DNA of 64,000 nucleotides from Penicillus capitatus (taxonomy: Eukaryota; Plantae; Chlorophyta). This document shows positions 14,284 to 26,337 of this stretch, piece by piece. The stretch spans positions 248,001 to 312,000 of the forward strand of contig OZ287710.1 in assembly GCA_965649825.1 (NCBI GenBank). Reading direction: 5' to 3'. Below the pieces are notes generated by a model, which saw nothing but the letters and a program-made list of their open reading frames with translations, made no database searches and was not told the origin of the DNA. Every line of letters starts with the position of its first letter. The first letter of the stretch is position 1. A program made the translations under genes and the position numbers.

Positions 14284-15168
14284 GATTTGTGAAAAGAAAA
14301 GAATACCCCGTCATGTCATCAGAAGACACGCCTGACTTCGATCTCCATTACAAATCGTCATCTGAAACCAGACACACTCGAGTGAACAACAAACGAAGGG
14401 CGAGATATCGGGGAAGGGAGATCCTAGACACCCTCGTCACCTCATCCAGACACAGAACCTTAATAACAGGTTCATAAACGATTAATGAAAGCATTTAATG
14501 CGAAAATGCGCTTCGAAGAGGGATGGCCTGTGCGAGCTCGATGCGAAAGAGAACGCGAGATTAGTTGTCATCGTTATCTAAACGACAAAACCGAGATAAA
14601 TGGAGTTCATTTAGCAGGAATGGTGGTAATAGGATAACGGGCAGGTAAACATTATGATGAAGGAAGTGTCTTAGGCATCATCTACCTGTCCTTACCGTCG
14701 AGGCTCCGCCGTCCTTCGAGCCACATCCAATGCATACATCCCACATGTGCCGCCCTTAGGGTGTGCAGACACATGGACTGGGTGGGCATTCGCAGTTCCT
14801 CCCTTAGACTACAGACACCGTGTGCGTCGATCGGACCATGCTTCGGCCGATTACCGTATCGACAGGGGCGATCGTGTCATCGCAGGTCTCGACTGAGCCG
14901 CCGGACGCATTCTTGCCGTACTGGCTGTATTTCGTCGCGCGCTCTGCATCGCCAATCGCGCCGCAAATCGACACCACATCTCTTCGCCTGCTGCGTTGGA
15001 AAATGCGTCACATAAATGCGCCAGATGCCATTCGACATCGTACATTGCATCTCTCTTACGCTGCGAGCACACGCTTGTTTGTTCTATTCGCTGATTCTGC
15101 GTCGTCTTCCGAGTTCTGAATATTTTTCTCTTAGAGCTTATTGAGAAGACGCCGTCGTTCCCGCGACG

Positions 15169-16776
15169 ATGAACGTCCCCCTGGTCGGGAACGTCGATTG
15201 CGGGACCAAGATTTCGACGCGCATTCCACCGCGTCATGTGCGTTGCGTCCATGGACGCAGTCCGTTGCTGGAGCCAAGTGGGCTGTCGGCGTTTGCCGGT
15301 GGTCATATCCATCGACCACGACGAACGCGACGTCTTTCGCGCGACAAACGAACAACCCCAGTCGAAACGGCGTTGTCGTCGTCACGTACGATACGATGCG
15401 CCTGTGCAGAAACAACAGTACCGCTGCCGCTTTGCTCTCCGGACATACAACGCACACAAACGCACACCACGGCGCCACCTCCGACCTATGTCAAAGCACC
15501 GGGCAAGATCATCGCAAGTGAGCGGTCTCCCCGCCGAAAAAATACCATAACGCCATACGCCGTGTGCAGTTGGCGATTTGCATGGCGATCTGCCCAAGAC
15601 GATTCACTCATTGGAATTGGCGGGAGTTGTCACTCGGGACGATCAAGGATGGCCCAAGTGGTGCGGAGGAGATGCCACTGTTGTCCAATTGGGTGATGTC
15701 TTGGATCGGGGAGATTGCGAAATAGGTTAGAATCCACTGCATCTGTGGATGTCCCCTTTGCCAATGGATGTATGTTCGTGCGGATAGGCATCCTGATGCT
15801 GCTTCGTGATCTGGGACATCAAGCAGAGAAAGAAGGCGGCGCTGTCTACATGATCAATGGAAATCACGAAAGTCTAAATGTCTGCGGGAATTTCAGGTCA
15901 GTTCGCACTCTTCTAAAAAGTGTAAGAAGAGTGATGGTATGTGTAGGTATGTTACGAGAGGAGCCTATTATGAATCGGCACTTGCCGCTGGTTTAACTGG
16001 GGAATTGTGCCTGAGCTGGGATGAACAGCTGAAGGCCAGAATTGACTTGTACTCTCCAGGAGGCGTCGTTGCAAGAGAGCTCGCCAAGAACCCCACTGTC
16101 CTGGTTGTTAATGATACCGTCTTCGCACACGGAGGCCTGCTTCCCATTCATGTGAACTATGGGTTGGAACGAATAAACGCCGAAATGGCTGCCTGGATGC
16201 GAGGCGACGTTACAGACATTGGCCGAGCGACGCCTCCCTACATCGCGATGGGTGGACCGAACAGTATTCTTTGGAATCGAACGTTAGCGCAGGAGCAATT
16301 TCCCACACCGTATGATAAATTCTATGCTTGTTCTCTTATCAAATCTGTTCTCAAAAAACTGGACGCCAAAAGACTTGTCGTGGGTCACACACCACAAGTG
16401 AGATCATCATCGCACACATCCCTATCCTCCATCCACGACGCGCCTGTCTTTTCAGATGTCGGGCTGCAATTGTGAGTGCAATGGTGAGATCTGGAGGGTC
16501 GATGTTGGAATGTCCGAAGGTGTTCTGAACGCCCAACCTCAGGTCATCATCATCGACAAAGACAGTACCGGGAGTACCGTGATTGACGTCGTTCAGTCAC
16601 TGTCAGCCCCGCCTGACACATTGGCTGCATCTCTTTACACTGAACAAAACAATATTCAATCAACCTCTGTCTCTCTCGAGTCCTTTGCCGTTCATAGTCA
16701 TGGCACCCATCATCGTCACACTCATGTGCAGATGATGAGCCGTAAACTTGTGTCGAGATTGAAAGCTTATTTCTGA
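15169..16776 (+). CDS. Shewanella-like protein phosphatase (SLP1-type PPP metallophosphoesterase) with transit-peptide-like N-terminus
   Basis: Spliced IIA|IGDLHGD, QLGDVLDRG, NGNHE, VFAHGG, VVGHTPQ, RVDVGMS. Confidence 0.9.
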
Positions 16777-17081
16777 TTGTTTGTTGAATGATCTGTCCTG
16801 GGAGTGTCTTTGCCCTTCTGCCCCATTTTGACAGAGTAATAATGAATTGTCGTCGGCCTGCTTGCTCAAAGGGATGATGCCACCGTTCTTGGTTTTTTGA
16901 TTTCTACTGATATTATGTGTTCGGGCAGAAAACTTAAACACGTCAGACGGTGTAATTGTCTCTTTTCGGTGCGAAAACCTCAAATCATTGATGCAATCAT
17001 AACGAAAATGTATTCTGGTGTGCACATGTGACTAAGAACAAGCCGTTCCTCTGTGAAACGCTGTGACTGTTCTCCCATACG

Positions 17082-19611
17082 TCAACTCTCTACGACGCCT
17101 ATGACAACGCCAGGTGTGAAAAGACGGCTGATCGGTTGATGTCGTCGACCAGAGAGGAAGGAGAGGGGGCCACTGTTGGGTTCCGGCATGACGAATTGAA
17201 CGGCGTCGTCCCGAAGGTGATGATCCTCAGGCCACAGCTTGGAAAGGGCATCTTCTAAAGCGTCCACCTGATCCCTGTCTTCCAAGGCAACGGATTGAAG
17301 TGCGTGCACCGCCCTGTGAAGTCTCTGTTGCAGATGTGTGGGCAGACATGTGGCTAGGCCATGAAGAGAAGGCTGCGTCAACTGCCAGATCCAGGGAAAG
17401 ATGCGCTCCAGGCATCTCCTTTCTTCGATCCACCCGCAGAAAGTTTCGATCAATGCTTCCGAAGTGGCCTCGGAGAGATGCTGCAGAACGGGCGATGTTC
17501 TCTGCATCAGCCGAAAGAGTTTTAACGGATAGGGCAGCGAGGCACAGTATAGGGCATCCAGATCATACTCAATCAACGATGGAACGTCCTACATGCAGAC
17601 AGATATGGGCACACATGCACAGACCATACCATATACTCTTCTGGCAAAAGCACCTTTGTGATTGCCCGTATACCCTCGAGACCCGTAATGGTGTTGTTCT
17701 GGACATCGCTGTGTGGCGTTTTGGTCTGAATGGACTGCAGAGATTGCCGAATGCAGAGCATCTCATCCTGTAGGCCGCATTCAGAAGGCAACGCACTAGA
17801 TCACGCCTCGACAGACTTGAACGGAAGAGGAGAGATTCTCGACTCTGTTCGAGATGTTCTCCATGGCACTGTGCAGTTGGGACTGGTCTTCTTCCAATCT
17901 TGCCAATTGCTGTTCGACTTCGCTCTCTTGTCTGCTTGGCGAGGCACCATTCCGACTGTCTTTTTTCTTTGATGACGATGCCTTTAGCCGATCCAAGTAT
18001 CCCCTTCTCTCAGGGCGTTTGACAACTGGCAGTCTTTGTTGGTCTATGGACAGCTGCCGTACCGACCGAACACGTCTGCTATGTCTGCTTTGCTGACCTG
18101 GAGGTTGCGGCAAAGCCGAGTGCATGTTTGGATTGCTTGCCATCTCGCTCGCCTCTTCACGAACGCATCCCACATCTGTCTCTCCTCTCGAGGCGCTCAG
18201 CATGGAGAGGGCATCGATATCTGTCTCCATCTGTCCGTCTATGTCACCGCCGTTCTCTAAAGAGCACAATGCGCCGGCAACGACAAAGGCAGCGCGTTAT
18301 TACGAGGATTGAATAGAGACATCTGTACGCTTGGGATTTCATGCGTCGAATCCGAAGCGTGGCCATCGGTTTCGGCGCAGGCGAACGGAGACAACGACGC
18401 ATAGAGCTCCAGAGTATGGTGAATCGCATCGCGTACCGTTTTCACCTAGACGGATCCGCTCACCTGGACGCCACAATGAACGACAGCATGCACTCGATCG
18501 AATCGCTGTCGTTGGAGGCGCTCTTTGATCTTGCGGACGGTTTTCTTCTTGGCGTGAATCAAGTCTTCGCCAAACAGCACCGCCACGCAGCGCAGCGCAT
18601 CGACGGCCGCTTTTCGCACAAACCAATCTGTACTGAGCAGTAAATGCAGCAATCCATAGCCACTGTGCTGTGCGCTCTCTTCACGACCGACAAAATGGAA
18701 GACGAGTGGACGAAAGGCCGAGCTGCTGGACTGGATGCCAAACAACACGGCCGAAGGAGATCCTCCAGATCCATCTCTGAGGATTTACCTTCACCACGCC
18801 GTTGGGTTCGTGCGTCTTGCCATCGACCGAAGCGAGTGCCCGCAGAAGATGCGCCTTTGCTGTAAACTGTGGGTCTTTGAGACGGCGTAAGCAATCCTTG
18901 ATCAGTTCTTTGTCAAGCGATTCCAGCCAGGGACTCATCTACACTTCCAGAGAGGGTGTCCTGTCCTTTGCGAGTCGTGTGTTTGACGCCTACTTCGCCA
19001 AGAGCATCGCTCGCTGCGATTTGTATTTCTCTTTTTGTATCTGCCAAAGCTTTGAACAGCCGCTTCACGAAGACATTGGATGTATTCCCGTCAATGAGCT
19101 GCTTATGAAAGAGCGACCACTCCTTGGCAATTCTCGAAAAGATAGTCGACGCCGTCTCACGCACACCGGCGTCACGATCCTATATACGCACGCGCATCTA
19201 ATTGGCGAAGCGTGTTGCTTTGGCCGTCTCTACGTGAAAACTTTGCACGAGAAATCGCGTCGCCTTGGCGAGGATGGAGGGCGAGAGAAAGACGCCACGT
19301 TCGGGACACTCCGAGGATGCCAGCGAAACGAAAAGTCGCAGGCACTCCTTCCGAGCAAAGTTCTTTTGGTGGGGCTCGATGCGACAGAGACACGTCACGA
19401 AAGACGATACGCCTTTGGCATCGAGATCCTAGAGCACAACAATCACTCGAGGCGTTGTTGGCGTCACACGTACACGGATGACAGCATTGAGCTCGTTTAC
19501 GGCAGATTTGACGGTATCTCGATCTTCCAGTTTGTTCAGACCGGACAGGAGCAGTTCTCGTCGAATGGAATCGGAGACGCGCGACGTCGAGACCGACACG
19601 ACGGACGCCAT
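17082..19611 (-). CDS. TORTIFOLIA1/SPIRAL2-like HEAT-repeat microtubule protein
   Basis: LNKLEDRDTVKSAVNEL; HEAT exons (CLRRLKDP, DWRTRK-like); coiled coil; C-terminal LKLFRLMQRTSPVL...IFPWIWQL. Confidence 0.72.
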
Positions 19612-19836
19612 CTCTCACTCTTCGACCTAGACGTTGGACCTGTCACATCTGTACGCTTCTCCTGTCATGTCACGGGCGACGCAGACGGCGAGGTTCTTGA
19701 GGCAAAGCGGAAGGAATTGCTTTCCGAAGACGTCAAGGACAGAGGAGGAAGATGAGACAGATCTCGTAGATCTGGCTTGTGATGTGACATCTGACGTGAC
19801 GACATTCTCGAGTGGGCGGGTGTATGATGCCCAACC

Positions 19837-21973
19837 ATGACGCTCCAATGGAGTCGGCAAGGCAAACAGGCGCTTCGTTTCTGTTGCGCACTGTGCACGT
19901 CGGCGACGGTAACGACGCTGTCTAAATGCCATATGTCTGAGCTCGAGGCTCTCCAGTGGCGGATTCTGTGACGGCTTTTGTGTTTTAGACGTCGCCCTTC
20001 GGAGCATCATACGATGAAATCTGTTGAACGTGCGTTGCGTGATTCTGCGACGCATGGGGTGTTGTTACCAGGAATTCTCGAATACTTTGGCTCGGGATCT
20101 GTACGGACGAACAAACTGAAGGAATTTGATTCTGTGAGTGTCAGCCTTATCATCCACTCTCTCGGAAGACTCTCTCAGGTCGGAATCTCACTCTTTCTGT
20201 AGATGATCATACCATACGTCCATGTAGGATCTGGAAGTGCGTCGATCGATACCGTTCAAGAGTTTAACGCAAGATTTTGTTGAAGAGGCAGTCAAGCCAG
20301 AACGTCTGCAGTCTTTTGATGTGCTCAGTCTTGCACAGCTTCTTTATGGCTTCTCCTTCTTTAAGGTCATTCCATGTACTGTTCGCATTGCATAGACGTC
20401 TTCGCAGGACATCAAGGATTTCCAGATTGACGCTGTCGTCGAGTTTGTGGTTCGCGATGAGAACATGAAAGGAGTGAATGCAAAGACGCTGACAAGCCTT
20501 CTCACATCTTTAGCACGGATGAAATACAAGAGAAAGAATATTCTCGACAAGTCACTTTCTCATTCTATCTCACTCTTTTTGACATGCCTGGCCAACAGGT
20601 TGGCGAAGAAGGCCGTCGGGTTACGTAAGTTCATGCTGAGTCAGGAACTCAGTAATACGTTGTGGTCCTTTGGTGTCCTCGGGATCAAGGATTCAAGTAT
20701 TTTGAAGGCCTTGACGTGTGAGATGCTCCATCCACGTATTCTTTCATCCCTGACGCCACAGGCACTGTCCAATATTCTGCTTTCCTGTGCACGGGTGCAT
20801 TTCAGACACCGCCCTTTCCTTGAGCCCCTCATGGTCGAGATCGTACGATCCTACCGATTGAGAGGATACGAAGAACAGCATCTGGGAAACCTTATCTGGG
20901 CCACGGGTCGCCTTCGCTGTGGACAGGAATCTCAACACAGAGCTTTGGCACAAGAGTGCTTCGCACCACAAAGGCTCAGCAGATTCACCCCTCTACACAT
21001 CTGCAACATATTTACTGGGTGATAACACATTCTCGCTACAATCCTCGTAGGATGACGGTGATGCTAGGTGGGCACATGCGGAGTGCTGCCCTCATGAAGA
21101 GGCCTATCACACATTGTTGCACACAGTGTTGCATCCATCACACGGCATCATCTCTTCCTTTTCGTCCGATGAGCTTTCCAAGTTCGTATGGTCCGTGGGA
21201 AAGCTGCGGATGACGACAAAAGAAGATTTTGAAGTGATCATCGAATTGGCTGTCAGGCCAGAACGTCTCAAGCAATACAACAATCAGGATCTATCGAATA
21301 TCTGCGTTGCCTGTGGAAAACAGCGATTCCAGAAAAACGAGATCCTTCGATCGCTCGTTGAAGAGGTAGCTGCATCAGAACGCATCGTCACTTACAACGA
21401 TCAGCAGCTTGCTAACATCACGTGGGCCTTGGGAGAAGTGAGATTTCTGACCGTCTCTGTCTCGCTTATGCGATCGTAGATGAACATCCGAGATCTCTAT
21501 CCGCTCCGTCTCTTGGCGAATTACATAGTGGAATCAGATACCTTCTGCCAAAAACCCTCTCATGTTATCATGACATTGCGTGGCTGGGCCCACGGGCGCT
21601 TCAAGCAAGGCACAGGCACATGATATAGCGTTTGCGACTTTGTGTGTTCCTTAGCTACGAACAGGGTCTCATAAGAATCGTGAGCGAGATTCTGAAACCG
21701 GCATCCGTGACGCAATTTCTTCCGAAAGATCTGCGCGCTGTCCTCTGGTGTCTCCGAAGACTCGAGTCCGTCTACCGCCGTTTGACGAATGTCATGCAAC
21801 GTGTCATCTTTTTCAGGTTTAAAAAAGGATACATGATTCGACTGCTGGAGGATCATCTGCCAGAAAACAACAGAGGGGTGATGACCCGATTCCGTCAGCG
21901 GTCGATGGCACAAGATGACAGACGGTGGCCAGAACTCTTTAGCATTCGAAGACAGCTCCCCAGTCATCTATAA
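19837..21973 (+). CDS. Helical-repeat protein with 39-aa OPR/RAP-associated-like repeats (probably organellar RNA binding)
   Basis: Repeats SQELSNTLWSFG, PQALSNILLSCA, EQHLGNLIWATG, DELSKFVWSVG, QDLSNICVACG, QQLANITWALG; 39-aa period; start approximate. Confidence 0.7.
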
Positions 21974-23764
21974 GGACACCGTTTGATGTTTCCTTCTCTC
22001 CAGTTCTCTGTGAACTCGGTGTGTGAGTGCGGGATCCATGTGAGGCAATGTGGGTAGAAGCCTGTGAATACTGATCAAGTCTGGTTCGTGGAGACGATGG
22101 AGTTTTCCAGAATGTAGCCAGTATTCAAAGACCTCTTGAAAGAAGTAGAATACGGTCACCTCTCCATAATCCCCTGACTGAAATCCCAACAACGCGTGCT
22201 TCACATCGGCGGCTACTAGAGAGGAAATGCGTCTATGTGTCCTCAACTCCTTACAGAAGCGCGCATAGAACGGATCATTCTGAACCTGAAGACTGCCCAA
22301 TGCCTTCAGAGCATTCGCCAGTTCAAATGTCTTGAATCTTTTCATCCGAGATACTCGTACGACTTCGCGAGCGAACTTGTGAATGGTATCCGTGTCGTTA
22401 AGTTGTAGATCTACCCATCCCTGAAGAATGGCACAGATCTGTTTTTCATTGAATTGCTGGATCTTGTGCGTTTGGCTTGTCGTTTCCACCAATCGATCGA
22501 TTAAACTCAATTTCTGTAGCTTCAGTTTCCCAAAGGACCAGTTCAGTAAAGACAGCTCTTGATGATTGAACGTGGGCAAACGCACAGGCGCTGTCACTTC
22601 TTCAGCCATCAGCTCAATACTTTCTGCATCCTCCAGTCCCATCACAGCCCATCCCATCAATACATTACACATTCCTTGTGCCGTTAACCGAGCCAGAATA
22701 GCGGGTTTCATAACGTATCGAGCAAGCTGCTGTGCACGTTCTCTATTCTGGTAGTCTAGTCTACCCAGTGCCCATGTGATATTAGCCAGCGACTGTTCCT
22801 CACAATCCTCCTCCTGCAATGTCCGTAGGAGTCTCTCCACCAGATTATCGACGATGTGTCTATGGCTATGCAACGACAGACGGGCCATGGCTACAAGGAT
22901 ATTGGAATAGTGCTGTGGCTTTAGATCAATAGGCTGGTTTCTGTCTCCGAAGCTATTCGACAGGACCTCTCGGACGTAAGGACTGAATTTCTTACCCAGA
23001 CATCCCCATGTCCAAACAGTCATGGATTTCTCCCTTCCTTTCATACTCTTCCACTGATTGACTGCCCGGTTCGACACATGATGCAGAAAAGAGACATCTG
23101 TGGCATCCAGCTTGGTGCTAGCCCATAAGGTATTCGCACATTCCCGTGCCTGAAACGCCTTCAACTGCCGCTGGACGTGCTCTTGACACAGGGATCTGAA
23201 TCCTTGAATATCATTGGTTTGCGTCACGGCCATGGTGTACAGAATTTGTGTGAGATCGACAGGGTTACACTTTCTGAGGCGATTGGCGTTATTCAGTTCA
23301 ACCAGAATGGCATGTAATACACGATCTCGCAGTGGCCGATGCATACTGAGCCATTTCTTCTTGTGGCATACGCTCAGACAGTAGAGACAGAGACTGAGAT
23401 CCTTTTCCGAAGCCGATCTCAGCATCAACTGATTGAACTGCGCCAGAGCATGGACCAGTGTGGTCTCGGCAGACCGTTCCATCCGCGAACAAACATACAG
23501 CACACGCGAAACGTCGCTCGCACTGAACTTTGCCGCACTTCCAGCCCGATCAACGAAACGCTTCAGATAGCGTTCAAATCCTGGCATCGGTCGGTTCTTC
23601 TCTCCTATCTCATGTTCCACGACTTTCTTGATCTCTTCCTGAGCTGAACGGGAGGATGTTTCACGTACCAACAGCAGACGACACGCGAGCACTGCTTTTG
23701 GTCCCAGGGACCGCCACCTGGGCAACATCGAAGCTTTAAATCGGTAATACGATTGATGTGACAT
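21968..23764 (-). CDS. Second 39-aa helical-repeat protein, single 598-aa ORF
   Basis: RECANTLWASTK, EQSLANITWALG, AQGMCNVLMGWA, HQELSLLNWSFG, FELANALKALG; Arg-rich N-terminus. Confidence 0.75.
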   Translation of the reverse strand: MSHQSYYRFKASMLPRWRSLGPKAVLACRLLLVRETSSRSAQEEIKKVVEHEIGEKNRPMPGFERYLKRFVDRAGSAAKFSASDVSRVLYVCSRMERSAETTLVHALAQFNQLMLRSASEKDLSLCLYCLSVCHKKKWLSMHRPLRDRVLHAILVELNNANRLRKCNPVDLTQILYTMAVTQTNDIQGFRSLCQEHVQRQLKAFQARECANTLWASTKLDATDVSFLHHVSNRAVNQWKSMKGREKSMTVWTWGCLGKKFSPYVREVLSNSFGDRNQPIDLKPQHYSNILVAMARLSLHSHRHIVDNLVERLLRTLQEEDCEEQSLANITWALGRLDYQNRERAQQLARYVMKPAILARLTAQGMCNVLMGWAVMGLEDAESIELMAEEVTAPVRLPTFNHQELSLLNWSFGKLKLQKLSLIDRLVETTSQTHKIQQFNEKQICAILQGWVDLQLNDTDTIHKFAREVVRVSRMKRFKTFELANALKALGSLQVQNDPFYARFCKELRTHRRISSLVAADVKHALLGFQSGDYGEVTVFYFFQEVFEYWLHSGKLHRLHEPDLISIHRLLPTLPHMDPALTHRVHRELERRKHQTVSL

Positions 23765-23793
23765 CTAGCCACAGACAAGGGCGTTCTCAGAAG

Positions 23794-24468
23794 ATGCGAA
23801 AACTCAAGTTCCATGAGAGGAAGCTACTGAAGAAAGTCGATTTCCTGCACTACGCCGATGAACACGAAGTGTTCGAGAAGGAGGTCCGTGTGGATACCTC
23901 GGCCATCGTTCCATCGATCGCCCTCCGTCTCGTCTGTGCTTAGCCCTTCCCTGCTGCAGATGATGCGTCAGTTTCATCTTCAGAAACGCGATGACTATCG
24001 AAAGTATCTCAAAATCTGTCAAAAGATTCGAGACCTGGTCGATGTCTTGCGTCGTCTGGATGCCGCCGATGCCACACGGATCGATCTCACCGAACAGATC
24101 CTCAACAAGTTCGCCGCATCACTCACATCTGGACAGCATCGCACTCTCTTCTCAATAGACTGTACAACGCCGGCGTCATTCGACGCAAGAGTGGATTAGA
24201 AGAGATCGCGAAGCTCTCGGTCGCGGCCTTCGCTCGCAGACGCCTCGCCGTTGTGATGCTGCAGACCAAGATGATGTCAAACGTCAAGGAAGCCGCCACC
24301 TTTATCGAACAAGGCCACGTTCGCGTGGGACCAGAGATTGTGACCAATCCTGCTTTTCATGTCACGCGTCATCAGGAAGACTACATTGCCTGGGTCGATA
24401 CCTCAAAGATCAAGCACAAGGTGATGAAGTATAATGACGCGCTGGATGACTACGATGTCCTAAACTGA
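23794..24468 (+). CDS. IMP3: U3 snoRNP protein IMP3 (S4 domain)
   Basis: MRKLKFHERKLLKKVDF; FARRRLAVVM; FIEQGHVRVGP; EDYIAWVDTSKIK...YNDALDDYD. Confidence 0.95.
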
Positions 24469-24815
24469 TGGCATGGGTGAATGATCGCGGTTGTCGCTTT
24501 CAGCGAAGACAGCACGCATTCTCGTATCCATCGACATCGATTCGCGTGTCGGTCGTATGCCCGGCATCCCATCATCGTCTGGCCAATCATGTGCGTTTTT
24601 GCATTCGGCGATTTGCGCAAACACGTTCTTGACACACGCGTTCGGACCTGTTTGACTGCGCGGCGCCAGTTTTGTCGGCTAAGCCATTGTTCAGCCAATT
24701 CTATTTGGTATTATGCGTCTCTGCCAGAGCCTTGAACGCAACATGAACCGTCTGTCCTGCCCTCCGCAAAGTAGGCAGCTTCGTCTGTGCTTCCTGACCA
24801 TTGCGTTACCATGCT

Positions 24816-25559
24816 ATGTGTGCCGCAGTCGGAGGTGCCTCGTTCGGCGGGGCAACGAGCCGTCAACGCGTGACGCCAGTTTCGCCCCACCCGTCGCGGT
24901 TTGACGAGAGCCTCGAAGCGCGCTCGTATGACAACGCACACCACTACGCGAGTGGCGGGGGTTGTGGTGGCATTCCTTCCCGTTCGAAACCGCTCTTTCG
25001 TCTTGACATGACAGCAGGAATCGATATCCTCTCCGACTCGTCCGGCCGCTCCCTCGAGAGCATTCATGTCGTCTTTGAAGACGTCGAAAAACTGTCAGAG
25101 TCGCTGAAGGAACATCAACAACGTTTGGAGGAAGAGATTTCTGTACAGGGTGGTCAGAGCAGTACAGCTGCGATTCCTATACCGTTGGCCCCCGGACAAC
25201 TGACTCAGGCGTTTCACAATCTGGCAACCTCTCCTGTGATAGCGCACAACACATTTGCGAGATCTGCTCCTGTTCCCGTGCCCAAACATCCATTAGCAGC
25301 AGGGAGTTCCGTTTCGCGATGTCCACTCATGGAAACGGAGAAATTCGTCCCGCCCCATGTCCTGGCGGATCGCATGTGTAACTGCGATCCGATACGGAGA
25401 GAGATAAGAGGAACATGTCGTGGACTGTCATCTCTCAGAGCGCGAAACGCCATTTTCGCACAGTTGGGTTACTTTGACGGATCTCTGGACACATCGTCAC
25501 CGCCGTCAGATACTTCTGGACCAAAACAAACTCCGATGTGTCTAAACCAGGATTGGTGA
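24816..25559 (+). CDS. Senescence regulator S40-like (DUF584) protein
   Basis: SAPVPVP, FVPPHVL and LRARNAIFAQLGYFD fit the S40 C-terminal pattern; start approximate. Confidence 0.7.
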   Translation: MCAAVGGASFGGATSRQRVTPVSPHPSRFDESLEARSYDNAHHYASGGGCGGIPSRSKPLFRLDMTAGIDILSDSSGRSLESIHVVFEDVEKLSESLKEHQQRLEEEISVQGGQSSTAAIPIPLAPGQLTQAFHNLATSPVIAHNTFARSAPVPVPKHPLAAGSSVSRCPLMETEKFVPPHVLADRMCNCDPIRREIRGTCRGLSSLRARNAIFAQLGYFDGSLDTSSPPSDTSGPKQTPMCLNQDW

Positions 25560-26337
25560 TTACTATTAGAATTCCCAATCCTTGTGCAAACGCACATAAG
25601 GATCGTTTCAGCAGATTGGATATTGCGAACGGAGTGTATGCATGCAGATGCGTCCTCTACTGTTCTCTGCTTAAGCCATTTGATTTGTCCTCTCTCTATC
25701 TTTCTATACATGTCTGGTGTTTACCTTGACCTGATTGGCTGTTCACAACATCAACACCAACAAATATGCAGTTTCATTTCGTTTGGTAACTTCTTACCCA
25801 ACAACAACGTGCCAGATTGCCTGGTAGATAGGTACGACAGTTGCATCGTGGTCCGCTGGCCATCCGTTTGATTCTCCGACGCTTTTGGATGTCATGTCGT
25901 TTGGTGATAGGGATGGATTGCACGAAGTCGATGTTTCGTTAAGGGATGATGATGACCAGTTGGGGCTGTGATGGTTACGATCCATCTCTTTCATGCATTT
26001 GCTGCTGGCTGTTTCGATGCGTCACTTTGTCCTCTTTAAGCAACGATCTCCTCGATGAGGACGATGGACATCGACACCAGTCCACAGATGGTATTTTGAA
26101 GAGAAAGGATACGCGGATGTTAAAAGGGACCTTATTCAATCATTCGTCGTGAGAAACACATTTTTTCATGAGTAAGCGCCGAATGGTGTGAGAGCGACTT
26201 AGCGGAACTACTGACGGCCACACCATCCCAACAGCGTCTTAATGCAATTTGTCTTCTAATCGACATACACTTTCTTAAATACAGCCGAAAAACGAAAGCA
26301 ACAACGTGTATAGAGGAGAGCAAGGATCATATATCCG

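Noticed and set aside
14761-15134. Arg/Ser-rich ORF resembling a transit peptide upstream of the SLP phosphatase
   Set aside because: Could not be joined in frame; the SLP gene has its own transit-like N-terminus; probably 5' UTR with an intron
25560-26330. Short ORFs on both strands between S40 and the two-TM gene
   Set aside because: No motif or convincing splice chain; likely overlapping 3' UTRs
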